A stretch of DNA of 64,000 bases, from positions 1,163 to 65,162 of the IMG/VR virus record IMGVR_UViG_3300025118_004856; one strand, given 5' to 3'. The notes below the pieces were generated by a model that saw nothing but the letters and a program-made list of their open reading frames with translations, did no database searches and was not told where the DNA came from. Source of the stretch: a virus (Duplodnaviria > Caudoviricetes). Both the position numbers and the translations under genes were made by a program. Positions within the stretch are counted from its first letter, which is position 1. Every line of letters begins with the position of its first letter. Positions 18,193 through 27,882 of this stretch are shown here, piece by piece.

Positions 18193-18905
18193 CTATTCTC
18201 CGCCATGATTGGTTTAAAATATTTTACTAAATCATATTTATGATGATCTAATGGTGCTGGTGTTGCATATAAAATACCTCTGTATCTTTTTACATCTGAG
18301 CTATTGGCAAACTTTATACCATCAAGCACATCTTCATCTACTGTTATAGATAAATCCTTAACTGTCTCTTCTGTATTGATATCACAATATTCTTTCGTAT
18401 TTACATAATAATGAAAATTAGGATTGACTTGTTGCAAGTGTTTACCAACTACATTCCAATCTAAAGCTTCACCATCATACACTAAATGACCAAGCCCTGA
18501 ACATTTAAAATCATGTATTATAATTACACACTCTCTCAATCCTTTTAAAGCTTGAAGTTCTTTAACAACCACCCACCTATCTTCTGGCTTTGCATTTGGC
18601 TGGTAAAAGTGGGCATCAAGATAGAACATATTTCCAAGTAATGAGCGTCGTCTAACACTTTTAAAATAATTCCAACTATTTGCCAAAAGACAAAAAACAT
18701 TACGTTTTCCATTAATTCTTTGCTTTACTTTCTCGTAATTTTTTACATCACTTTCAATAGTAACAACTTCTTCGAAATTATGACTATGAAGCTCTGCATT
18801 AACTCCTCTAAATGATCCTGTCTCAAACAAAGTGTCAACTTTAAAATCATCTCTTAATTTTTTAATTTGTTCTATTGCTTTATTGTCTGTCCAGCTCATC
18901 ATCAC
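18189..18905 (-). CDS. putative SAM-dependent methyltransferase
   Basis: FETGSFRG, TIE, FYLDAH, IIIHD pattern. Confidence 0.7.
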   Translation of the reverse strand: MMMSWTDNKAIEQIKKLRDDFKVDTLFETGSFRGVNAELHSHNFEEVVTIESDVKNYEKVKQRINGKRNVFCLLANSWNYFKSVRRRSLLGNMFYLDAHFYQPNAKPEDRWVVVKELQALKGLRECVIIIHDFKCSGLGHLVYDGEALDWNVVGKHLQQVNPNFHYYVNTKEYCDINTEETVKDLSITVDEDVLDGIKFANSSDVKRYRGILYATPAPLDHHKYDLVKYFKPIMAENR

Positions 18906-19486
18906 CTCCTATAACTTGATACACAATTAGACATAACTCCATAACCAGACCTAACACCTTTTTTTGTTGCATCAAAATTAAATGAATCTTTTGCTTGAAT
19001 ACCCATTGACATACCAGCCTGTATAGCATCTTGATTAGCTGCAAGAAAAATAAATTCCCATTTCAATTTTTCCTTCTTTTCCTTTATCATTTCCAAAATC
19101 TGTTCTCTTTTAAATTCCCTACTTGAGTTCTCTTCACCATCAGTCAAAATTGCAAATATCACCTTCTTAGGCTGTTGACTTTTTTTCAAACCATCAATCC
19201 TTTTACCTACTTCATTTATTGTTTTACCAACAGCATCCAATAAAGCAGTAGCTCCTCTTGGTTGGTAAGTTTTATCAGTTAAATCAGGAACTTTTTTTAA
19301 TGGTTTATTCTCATGAATAATTTCGTATTCAGTATCAAATTGTGCATATGTAAGAGTCGCCTCTCCCTTTACTTTTTTCTGCTCCTTTAAAAATGTATTA
19401 AATCCACCTATTGCATCATTCACAATAGCCCCCATAGAGCCTGAACGATCAACAACGCAAACAATTTCTGAATATTTCTTCTTCAT
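18902..19486 (-). CDS. vWA domain protein
   Basis: MIDAS DRSGSM, TALLDA, ILTDGEENSS. Confidence 0.9.
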   Translation of the reverse strand: MKKKYSEIVCVVDRSGSMGAIVNDAIGGFNTFLKEQKKVKGEATLTYAQFDTEYEIIHENKPLKKVPDLTDKTYQPRGATALLDAVGKTINEVGKRIDGLKKSQQPKKVIFAILTDGEENSSREFKREQILEMIKEKKEKLKWEFIFLAANQDAIQAGMSMGIQAKDSFNFDATKKGVRSGYGVMSNCVSSYRR

Positions 19487-19701
19487 ACTTTCTCCTTTCT
19501 AATTAATAGATTTATCATTCTATATTCATTAATAACTTTTTCTAAAACATTAGCCATCAACCTCTTTAGTATCTCTTCTCCATTTTTATAAATTTGAGGT
19601 TTAACAAAATCAAATGTTTCATTCAATTTAGATATCGGGACTCTCCAAGCAAAATATATTTTTGTACTCATATCAAAATGGTCCTTTAAATTTATTTTCA
19701 T
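19483..19701 (-). CDS. hypothetical protein, possibly truncated
   Basis: Short co-oriented ORF. Confidence 0.45.
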   Translation of the reverse strand: MKINLKDHFDMSTKIYFAWRVPISKLNETFDFVKPQIYKNGEEILKRLMANVLEKVINEYRMINLLIRKEKV

Positions 19702-20740
19702 GCGAATAGCAATCTACATCACGTAGATCAGGTACACGTAATCCTAACCTATTTGTAACTTTTAAAACTATATCTTTTACATCATAATAAAAATCATTCT
19801 CAAGATGTCTTGCAGTAGGACAAGGAGTATTCTTCCAACCTATTCTTGAAAAATTAATAGGATTATGTGTAAGATTAAATTTACCATCGAGATACTTTGC
19901 TAAGAACCCAGCCCCAACACTATTGCTCAACCAATCATCCTCAACAATAATACATTCATCTGTGTTAATACAACTGACTATTAAATCTATATCAAGATTA
20001 GATAACCTTTTTAAATCTATTATATTAGTCTTCACAGAACACTTACTCCATAAAACATCTGCAGCTTTTTTACACTCAACTACCCCCCACGAATAACTTA
20101 ATAAAGTTATATCTGCTTCACCATCAGACCTATAAGGATGTACTACAGTTTGAAAAGGCTGTTCAAAATCAGATTCCAAAACACAAGGATGAACTTCTTG
20201 CTCTTGCCAATACAACCATCTATGTTCAAAACAAATAACAGGACTATTACTTCTAATTGCCTTAGTCAACATCCCTTTCATATCTATTGGATTTGAAGGG
20301 GCTATAACTATCAATCCGGGTACATGAGTAAATAAAGAAAATAAACTTTTACTATGCTGAAAACCTTGCCCCCATCCTCTTCCAATTATTATCCTTATAA
20401 CTATTGGGCATAATAGTTGATTATTGCTCATATACTGAATACCAGACATCATATTAATTATCTGATTCATAGCAAGCAAAGCAAAATCTGCTCTAATATG
20501 TATTTGTACAGGTCTCATGCCATTCATTGCTGCCCCTATCCCAAACCCAGTAAGCGAATCTTCACTAAGCGGAGTATCGAACACTCTATTTTTACCGAAC
20601 TTTTCTTGTAATCCTATAGTTGTACCAAATATTCCCTTAAAATCATCACAACCTATTCCATAACAGAAAACATTTTTATCTCGTTCCATTTCCTGTATTA
20701 AAGTTGTTCTTATTGCTTCTGCATAAGTCAATTTCTGCAT
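19673..20740 (-). CDS. TPP-dependent enzyme, E1 beta / transketolase C-like subunit
   Basis: RVFDTPLSE, GWGQGFQHS, PVICFEHR. Confidence 0.9.
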   Translation of the reverse strand: MQKLTYAEAIRTTLIQEMERDKNVFCYGIGCDDFKGIFGTTIGLQEKFGKNRVFDTPLSEDSLTGFGIGAAMNGMRPVQIHIRADFALLAMNQIINMMSGIQYMSNNQLLCPIVIRIIIGRGWGQGFQHSKSLFSLFTHVPGLIVIAPSNPIDMKGMLTKAIRSNSPVICFEHRWLYWQEQEVHPCVLESDFEQPFQTVVHPYRSDGEADITLLSYSWGVVECKKAADVLWSKCSVKTNIIDLKRLSNLDIDLIVSCINTDECIIVEDDWLSNSVGAGFLAKYLDGKFNLTHNPINFSRIGWKNTPCPTARHLENDFYYDVKDIVLKVTNRLGLRVPDLRDVDCYSHENKFKGPF

Positions 20741-21405
20741 AATCTTTTAACCCAAAAAGCCCTATTGTAATTAGTTTTCATATGACATTTCTTACATAAG
20801 GAAATTAGATTTTCTGACACACTATTCTTTTTATTATAATCAATATGATGTACTCCTAACTTATAATCTAATTCTTCCTGTTTAATTCCGCATTCTTGGC
20901 AAGTATAATTATCTCTTTTTCTAATTTCCTCTTTTAACTTTTCATTAAATTCTATCCCATATGGCTCAAAAGAAACACCGCCTACCCAGTTAGGATGGTC
21001 TTTCCCTAAAGAATATATACGATTCAGACTTATCTTTTCTCTGGTTTCTTTACTATGATTCTTTCCGTACATACCATTATTTTTACCAACAGTAGCATTT
21101 CTAATTTTTTCTATAGTTGCTTTAGAATGTTTTCTACCAATATGAGCTTTTCTATTGAGCTCCTTCGTTTCTTTCGTATGATTCCTTCCATAAAAAGGAT
21201 TATTTTTACCTAAATAATCTGGACTATTTAAACTCATTTTAATAAGTGATTCTTTAGAATGTTTTTTACCAAGAAAAGGATTATTACTACCTCTATTCTG
21301 ATGCCCATTAATAAAGGTATTAAACCTCTGATTATACTTATTCCAAATAGGAAATTCACTACAACCACATTCACAAAACTTTTTTAGTAGATTTATTGTT
21401 CTCAT
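20728..21405 (-). CDS. NUMOD3-HNH homing endonuclease
   Basis: GKKHSKES repeats, RDNYTCQECG, VHHIDYNK, NLISLCKKCH. Confidence 0.88.
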   Translation of the reverse strand: MRTINLLKKFCECGCSEFPIWNKYNQRFNTFINGHQNRGSNNPFLGKKHSKESLIKMSLNSPDYLGKNNPFYGRNHTKETKELNRKAHIGRKHSKATIEKIRNATVGKNNGMYGKNHSKETREKISLNRIYSLGKDHPNWVGGVSFEPYGIEFNEKLKEEIRKRDNYTCQECGIKQEELDYKLGVHHIDYNKKNSVSENLISLCKKCHMKTNYNRAFWVKRLCRN

Positions 21406-22271
21406 ACTGTACTTTTCACTTTTTCTAAACTCTTATTAACTTTCTTATTTATATTATACTCAATTCCACTTACAACACCTGCATCAACTATATCTTTTAT
21501 TAACTGTTTTTCTAACATCAACACAGGATCAACAGTTGTTATATCTGGTTTTACTCTATATCCTTCATCATAATCTTCATTGATACCAACATGCTCAAGC
21601 ATACGATGATAACTACAATGAAGAAACAACGGGGTTGTTTTATTCTTACAAACTTTATAATAAATACTACTATAGTCACAAACACCGAACCAACCATAAT
21701 TACTACGATGTAAATCCATATAGCACAATACAGTATTCAATTTTGAATGTACTGCCAAGCCATTATCTTCACAAACAAAAATAATAGGTAAATCATAAAG
21801 AAACGCAATATTAACACTTTCCCAAAATGCACCTTCCTGAACTGCACCATCACCAAAAAATACCACTACAATCTTATCATTCTTTTTTTGTTTATTTGCC
21901 CAAGCATAGCCACAAGCAACCGATATCTGACTTGCCACTATCGCCGACGACATTATGAATCCTTTTTCAGGATAACATAAATGCATTGAACCGCCTCTTC
22001 CTCCAAGAACAGACTCTTTTCTGCCGTACATCTCTAAAAAGAATTGGTCAGTATCCTCTGTCCTTGCAAGAAAAGGAGCATGTGAACGGTACGAAGAGGA
22101 AACTTGTGCTCTATCGCCAAGCGATAAACATACAGCAGATGATATATGCTCAGAACCCATGCTCATGTGCATGGGAGTCTTCATACCGTCATTATTATAT
22201 TCTCTTATTATTGCATTCTCACATGCTCTGATGAGATACATTTTTTTGTAAAGCTCTAACTCAATATTCAT
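21402..22271 (-). CDS. TPP-dependent enzyme, E1 alpha subunit
   Basis: HMSMGSE, YRSH, GRGGSMH, GDGA...EDN TPP motif. Confidence 0.9.
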   Translation of the reverse strand: MNIELELYKKMYLIRACENAIIREYNNDGMKTPMHMSMGSEHISSAVCLSLGDRAQVSSSYRSHAPFLARTEDTDQFFLEMYGRKESVLGGRGGSMHLCYPEKGFIMSSAIVASQISVACGYAWANKQKKNDKIVVVFFGDGAVQEGAFWESVNIAFLYDLPIIFVCEDNGLAVHSKLNTVLCYMDLHRSNYGWFGVCDYSSIYYKVCKNKTTPLFLHCSYHRMLEHVGINEDYDEGYRVKPDITTVDPVLMLEKQLIKDIVDAGVVSGIEYNINKKVNKSLEKVKSTV

Positions 22272-22501
22272 TTTGGAGTTTCTTTAGATTTAATTGCCAT
22301 ATCAAGACCTATATCTTTTTCTCCGAAGCACTCCTCACCCTTTAGAAAAAGATCATAATTAAAAGCAATGAACTTGAATAAAATTACTGCCGAACTTGTT
22401 TTTTCCAGTCTTGCAAATTCCTCAATCATCGCAAATTTTTGAACATAATCACGACTCATGAAATTGAAAAATTCTTTTGTAAATTTGTCTTTTGTGATCA
22501 T
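22268..22501 (-). CDS. hypothetical protein
   Basis: 77 aa ORF, ATGA overlap with E1 alpha. Confidence 0.55.
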   Translation of the reverse strand: MITKDKFTKEFFNFMSRDYVQKFAMIEEFARLEKTSSAVILFKFIAFNYDLFLKGEECFGEKDIGLDMAIKSKETPK

Positions 22502-22533
22502 ATTGATATTTCCTATAAAGGCAGATTTAGATT

Positions 22534-23033
22534 AATTAACTGTTCCATATTTTTTCTGATTAAATGTATATTTTACTGCAGTCTTAGCTGTTAATAAATT
22601 AATCAAAGCATTTGCTCCATTACTATCTCCTTCACTTTGACTTCCACCCATCTGTACCCCTACCAGTACCTGCTAAAGGATTTGGCTCTCTTAATTTATT
22701 TCCATCTGAATCTACTTTTGGTAATTTCACTTTCACTCTTATTTTACTTTTTCCTGTTAAATCAGTAGGGTCAAGAATTTCTCTTTCCTGTGTTTCAGTA
22801 ATATATGGACCATTGTCAATTTCAATAACCTCTTTAGTCACCCCTACTTCATTTTTTAAAACTTGTACTTTGCTTCTTGCTTTGACTAATTCTTCTTCCT
22901 TCTTTCTTAAAAGCTCTTCTTTTTCTTCAATAGACACACCTCCTTTCTTTTTAAAAGATTTATTAATAATCCAGTATAAAACACCAAAAATTATTCCTGT
23001 TACAACTATAGTCCCAAGTATTTGTGCGAACAT
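22534..23033 (-). pseudogene. small membrane protein fused to remnants of a probable SPFH/band-7-like gene
   Basis: TM N-terminus, then DNGPYITET...DPTDLTG...REPNPL; shifted frame gives MGGSQSEGDSNGANALINLLTAKTA. Family assignment from memory. Confidence 0.45.
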
Positions 23034-23048
23034 TTCACCCTCCTTTCT

Positions 23049-24077
23049 TCACTTATCAACACTTTTGACTTTCCAAGGATTAATTTTTAACTCCTCCCTC
23101 CAATAAGTTAAGATAGAATAAAGCGTGTCATCAATACTGTATAAAGGTTCCCACCCTGTCAGCTTTCTAAACTTTGAAGAATCTGGAATCTGAGTTGTAA
23201 CATCAGAAAGTCTTATTAATTTTTTATCAATACTAACCCTATCAAATTCTACTCCCAAGTCAGATAGCTCAAGTAATTTTTTTAAAATATGGCGTATAGT
23301 AATTTCCTTATCTCCTCCGATATTAAAAACTTCCCCATAGTCTTTAACTTTAGTTACTAATAACCAATAAGCTCTTACAGCATCACGAACATCCATAAAA
23401 GTTCTACTTGAATAAAGATTCCCGACTTTCATTTCCTTCAGTAATCCTAATTCAATTCCAACAATTTGTTTTGCAAAAGCTGATAAGACAAATACATCTC
23501 CTCTCCTTGCTCCACTATGGCTAAATAATCTTGTCCTTAATATTTTAATTCCATAACTTTGATGATATTGATAACCCAACATATCCTCAGCTACCTTACT
23601 AACAGCGTATGGAGATACTGGTTTTAATGGAGTCAACTCATTTGTAGGTTGGTCTTCTTTTAACACTTCCCCATACACCTCTGATGAAGAAGCAATTTGT
23701 ATTACAGGGTCAATCTCTCCTATAGCGTGTCGAAAACGGACTGCCTCCAACAAATTACAAGTTCCAATTACATTTCTTTGTAAAGTATCTATTGGAGAGG
23801 TAAAAGAAGTTTTCACATAAGATTGTGCAGCAAGATGAAAAATAATTTCTGGTTTAATCTTTCTTACAAGTATTTTTAAAGAAGCTAAATCTAATAAATC
23901 ACCTTCCACTAATTTAATTTGATTAATACAACTTTTTAAATTTTCCCGATTACTTCTCCATCTACAAAGCCCATATACCTCATGCTCTTCTTGTAGATTT
24001 AAAATATGTTCTGCTAAATGACTTCCTACAAATCCAGTTATTCCTGTTATTAATACTCTAATATTACCTTTATTCAT
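23049..24077 (-). CDS. GDP-mannose / GDP-heptose 4,6-dehydratase
   Basis: LITGITGFVGSHL, HLAAQSYV, SSSEVYG, SPYAVSK. Confidence 0.92.
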   Translation of the reverse strand: MNKGNIRVLITGITGFVGSHLAEHILNLQEEHEVYGLCRWRSNRENLKSCINQIKLVEGDLLDLASLKILVRKIKPEIIFHLAAQSYVKTSFTSPIDTLQRNVIGTCNLLEAVRFRHAIGEIDPVIQIASSSEVYGEVLKEDQPTNELTPLKPVSPYAVSKVAEDMLGYQYHQSYGIKILRTRLFSHSGARRGDVFVLSAFAKQIVGIELGLLKEMKVGNLYSSRTFMDVRDAVRAYWLLVTKVKDYGEVFNIGGDKEITIRHILKKLLELSDLGVEFDRVSIDKKLIRLSDVTTQIPDSSKFRKLTGWEPLYSIDDTLYSILTYWREELKINPWKVKSVDK

Positions 24078-24128
24078 TCATATCACCCCTTTATCCTTAC
24101 AAAAACGGCTCTATTTTGGACAAACTAT

Positions 24129-24230
24129 TCAAAGGGTATATTTCGTCCCACATGAGTGGCAAAAACCGCACTTCGGGCATCTTCTACCGTCATTTATAAA
24201 TTCCTGTCCACATTGTAAACATTGGATCAT
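24129..24230 (-). CDS. tiny zinc-ribbon protein (33 aa)
   Basis: AAGGAG RBS; CLQC, CPKC, CHSC. Confidence 0.5.
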   Translation of the reverse strand: MIQCLQCGQEFINDGRRCPKCGFCHSCGTKYTL

Positions 24231-24236
24231 TTATTA

Positions 24237-24437
24237 TTACTCCTTAAAAATTATACTCCCGACATTCAATAATAAATCACCTTCTAATAACTTTAAATTT
24301 TTATCATTGATACAATTCTTCAAATTATCTCTGGGACTTCGCCATCTACATAATCCATAAACAATATGTTCTTCATTTAAAGCTAAAATATACTCAGCAA
24401 GAAAACTCCCAACAAACCCAGTTGTCCCCGTTATCAA
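24237..24437 (-). pseudogene. truncated paralog of the 4,6-dehydratase
   Basis: First ~55 aa align with 23049..24077 (GFVGS.LAE.IL, VYGLCRWRS, EGDLL), then unrelated tail. Confidence 0.85.
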
Positions 24438-25438
24438 AATTCGACTCCTTTATATTTTCCTTTCCTCGGCATAAAACTGTCTTCAATATCATTCCAAACT
24501 TCTATCGTTCTAATATTAATAGAATCTCTCAATTTATCATCGCCACTAATTACTTCAAAAGCCTTATCAATATCAACAATTTTTTTATCTTTATTTTTTT
24601 TCATTGGCAATTTAATACCATCTAATCCATTGTCAACAGAAGACAAATAATTTATTGATGCCTCTATATCATTGATACCATACCGATACAAAATAGGAAA
24701 TTCGCATTCTCTTAAAGGCAACCCCACCTTATTCTTCTTACATCTCGCCCTAACTCTTCTACCTATTATCTTTTTAATTCCTCTTTTAGTTTTAACTATT
24801 CCTCCAGTATCATGTAACCAAAGAACTTGAGAGGCATAAAAATCCATTGCTCTCCCACCTGATCGTTTTTGTTTTTCTCCAAACATAGCCCCTATCTTAT
24901 CTCTTAATTGAGAAAGTACCATAAAATGAGTTTGACTTTTATTAATATTTGAAGTTAATTTCCTAAATAAAGAAGACATCCTTTCTGCTCTTCTTGCTCC
25001 ATGAAATCCTGACTCATCAAAATCACACCTGATTTCTTCAGAAGATTCTAAAGCATCAAGAGAATCTAAAACGTAAAATTTAGGTCTGTGTAACTCTTTC
25101 TTAACCACATCTAATAAATTTGTAAATAAACCACCAATAGTAAATACATTCTCAATAAAATGCACCTTGTCTAAAGGAACTCCAATTGCTTCAGCATTAG
25201 TAAAATTAAATGCTGATTCGGATTCATGATAAATAATTTGTCCTTTAGGATATTTAAAAGCAAAATTAGCACAAGCCTCCATCGCTAACAGAGTTTTCCC
25301 GCTACTTTTATCGCCAACCACATTGCTAATTCTACCTAAAGGAAACCCCCCACCTAAAGTACAATCCAACACAGCACATCCGGAAGAGATAAAATCAAAT
25401 TCTGGTTTAGACTTTTTTACTTTTATTCCTTTTTTCAT
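24434..25438 (-). CDS. recA: RecA/UvsX-like recombinase
   Basis: GGFPLGRI, GDKSSGKT, LDSLDAL, SQLRDKIG, SGGRAMDFYAS, KKNKV. Confidence 0.93.
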   Translation of the reverse strand: MKKGIKVKKSKPEFDFISSGCAVLDCTLGGGFPLGRISNVVGDKSSGKTLLAMEACANFAFKYPKGQIIYHESESAFNFTNAEAIGVPLDKVHFIENVFTIGGLFTNLLDVVKKELHRPKFYVLDSLDALESSEEIRCDFDESGFHGARRAERMSSLFRKLTSNINKSQTHFMVLSQLRDKIGAMFGEKQKRSGGRAMDFYASQVLWLHDTGGIVKTKRGIKKIIGRRVRARCKKNKVGLPLRECEFPILYRYGINDIEASINYLSSVDNGLDGIKLPMKKNKDKKIVDIDKAFEVISGDDKLRDSINIRTIEVWNDIEDSFMPRKGKYKGVEF

Positions 25439-26341
25439 TTATCTTCCGCTCCTTACCTTTCGTTTCAATCTATCTCTAACAGACTCTTTTTCAGATTCTG
25501 TATCTTCTGGTTCACTACTTCTACTTTGTCTTGAACTCCTTCTTGTAGGAGGGGAATGATCTGGCACGTCTTCCTCTGGCTCTTCAGAATCTGCATCTTG
25601 TCTTGAATGACTTTCAGACTCTTTCTCTTCTTCCTCTTCTACTCCACCACCAAAAAAATCAGCCTTCAATGTATCATACGTTGGCTCATCAGCAAGCACA
25701 TCAGCAAAAGATACTAACTGATCTTCCCACTCATTAGATCCTATCTCTGAAGATTCTCTTTCTACAAAAGCCTTATACTTCGTGTGCATCCCTTTACCCT
25801 CTTTTGTCACTACAATATCATACCCGTTATCAATGTTAGCAATATCAATAGTAATGTTTTTTCTCTTATCCTCCATCTGATCAAAAATATCTACCGCCAC
25901 CTGCCATCTTGACGCTGCATAAAGTTGAACTCCCTTTTTCTCATCCTCCCGATCAATAATGAAAAACAAGGTCTTTGCTCCAGGTTTAAATTGATTACAT
26001 ACTTTATCCTCTTCTCCCGCATCCTTAAGATTTTCATACTCTTCGCATACTGGGCAAGGACTTACTGAAGAATTCTTTGGAGACATCTCTTTTGGGCATA
26101 AAAAATATTTCTTGCTTTGAGGATTATAATGTATCCAAATATGACACCAGATATTAAAATCTTTATCACAAGAAGGTAAAATCCTTATGTAATTATCTCC
26201 CTCTTTAGGTGTCCATAATTCAATGTCATCAGGTAAATCCAAATAAAAAGTTCCTCCATCTTTTACATTCTCCGCCCTCACGCTTTCAGGATTTGCCCCA
26301 TAAAACTTTCTTCTTTTAGCCATTCCTTTCCTCCTTTTCAT
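25439..26341 (-). CDS. single-stranded DNA-binding protein (gp32-like); likely start 26323
   Basis: IRILP, H/C/CPVC zinc ligands, GYDI...GKG..TKY, acidic tail; next to recA. Confidence 0.8.
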   Translation of the reverse strand: MKRRKGMAKRRKFYGANPESVRAENVKDGGTFYLDLPDDIELWTPKEGDNYIRILPSCDKDFNIWCHIWIHYNPQSKKYFLCPKEMSPKNSSVSPCPVCEEYENLKDAGEEDKVCNQFKPGAKTLFFIIDREDEKKGVQLYAASRWQVAVDIFDQMEDKRKNITIDIANIDNGYDIVVTKEGKGMHTKYKAFVERESSEIGSNEWEDQLVSFADVLADEPTYDTLKADFFGGGVEEEEEKESESHSRQDADSEEPEEDVPDHSPPTRRSSRQSRSSEPEDTESEKESVRDRLKRKVRSGR

Positions 26342-26444
26342 AATCTATCTTACTGTTAAAATAAGCACGAGTAATCAATCTCGCACCAATATAAATAATA
26401 ATTAATGCTAAAACTATATATGGTATATATTTTAAATACTCCAT
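26316..26444 (-). CDS. small membrane protein (42 aa)
   Basis: MEYLKYIPYIVLALIIIYIGARL... Confidence 0.5.
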   Translation of the reverse strand: MEYLKYIPYIVLALIIIYIGARLITRAYFNSKIDYEKEERNG

Positions 26445-26446
26445 TA

Positions 26447-26911
26447 TTAATTACCTTTCTTTTTCTTTGACCGTTTATGACTATGTGACTCTCTACCAGA
26501 TTTTTCAGCTTCTGTTTCAGCCCGACTCCAATAAGTACTATTATGCAATTCTATCAAACCCCTTATCATTTCTTTTCTCTGCATGAAAGCATCCCTAACT
26601 ACTCTTGATTTCTCTGCTTTCTTTTTCGCTTCATAATAATCATCTTGTGCTGTTTGAAAATTTTTATCTAAAATTATTTGATTTTCTATAGCTTTTTCAG
26701 TTGGTTTTTTATCACCTGCCTTTAACGCATTAGTGACATTTTCCTTATACAAATCCGCTCTCAATTCCTCCATTTCGATTTTGCATATTTCCATTTCATG
26801 AATCAAATCGGGAACCTGAGAAGCGTATTCATCATACAACACAGGTTGATTAATACACTCCTCATCCAAATTATCTTTATCTATCTTCAAATATTTTGTG
26901 TAATCTTCCAT
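26447..26911 (-). CDS. recombination mediator, UvsY-like
   Basis: LKID..NLD.E...QP, helical, context with SSB and RecA. Confidence 0.65.
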   Translation of the reverse strand: MEDYTKYLKIDKDNLDEECINQPVLYDEYASQVPDLIHEMEICKIEMEELRADLYKENVTNALKAGDKKPTEKAIENQIILDKNFQTAQDDYYEAKKKAEKSRVVRDAFMQRKEMIRGLIELHNSTYWSRAETEAEKSGRESHSHKRSKKKKGN

Positions 26912-26951
26912 CTTCTCCTTTCAATATTATTATACTCATTTTTAAAACTAA

Positions 26952-27878
26952 CTAACCTAAATAAGCCATACTTAATCGAAGTAAAAAATCATTTCTCTGG
27001 CAAGCATAATCTAAAGGTCCAACAAAGGTATCCATTAATTTTGTAAATCTTTCAATATCAGTATCAGTATTTTTAACATTCAATAAACAACTCCCCAGAT
27101 ATCCCATAACAATAGCTTTTAAAGCTTCATAATCCTGCGTCTTTGGTAAACCTTTAAAAATCTCAACTATGTTTTTCCACTTACCTCTTTTGACTATTAA
27201 TCTACACAACTCTATAGCTTCAGATTCATATAAATCTTTATATACAAGATCAATAGCTTCATCTACATCTGTAACTCCGTTTAACATTCCTAATCTGGTC
27301 AATGCTTCTCTTGGGATTCCATTAGATGTTTCTACTATTAAATTAAATATCTCATCTGAAATATTTAAATTAGCTTCCTTAATAACCCTCTCAATAACTT
27401 TTTTAATATCGGCAAATCGTAATGGCTTCACTTCATATTCATAACAACGACTTCTTATAGTCTTCAATATCTTTTGTGGATCAGTAGAACAAAAAATAAA
27501 ATGTGACCCAGCGGTAGGAGTCTCAACCGTTGTTAATAAAGCATTCTGAGATTCCTTAGTTAACATATGACATTCATCAAATATAAATACTTTTGGGGAA
27601 CCATCAAAATTTCTATATTTTGAATCTTCAATAATTTGTCGGACAGTATCTATACCCCTATTATTAGCTGCATTTATATCCGCAACAGTAGTACTACCAA
27701 GCATCTTTGCTACTATCTTCCCTAAAGTAGTTTTCCCTGTACCAGCTTCACCATAAAATAAAAAAGCAGATGTTATAGAATCTTTATTCTCAAATTGTTT
27801 TTTCAAACTATCAACTATTCCTCTGTTACCAACAAAATCATCTAAATGATCAGGTCTATAAGCTGTGTGATAAGACAT
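26952..27878 (-). CDS. clamp loader AAA+ subunit (DnaX/RFC-like)
   Basis: YRP..LDDFVGN, GEAGTGKTT, FDECH, SRC motif. Confidence 0.9.
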   Translation of the reverse strand: MSYHTAYRPDHLDDFVGNRGIVDSLKKQFENKDSITSAFLFYGEAGTGKTTLGKIVAKMLGSTTVADINAANNRGIDTVRQIIEDSKYRNFDGSPKVFIFDECHMLTKESQNALLTTVETPTAGSHFIFCSTDPQKILKTIRSRCYEYEVKPLRFADIKKVIERVIKEANLNISDEIFNLIVETSNGIPREALTRLGMLNGVTDVDEAIDLVYKDLYESEAIELCRLIVKRGKWKNIVEIFKGLPKTQDYEALKAIVMGYLGSCLLNVKNTDTDIERFTKLMDTFVGPLDYACQRNDFLLRLSMAYLG

Positions 27879-27882
27879 ATTT

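Noticed and set aside
19673-22271. Auxiliary metabolic pyruvate dehydrogenase
   Set aside because: No E2 or E3 in the window, and the nucleotide-sugar context fits sugar branching better.
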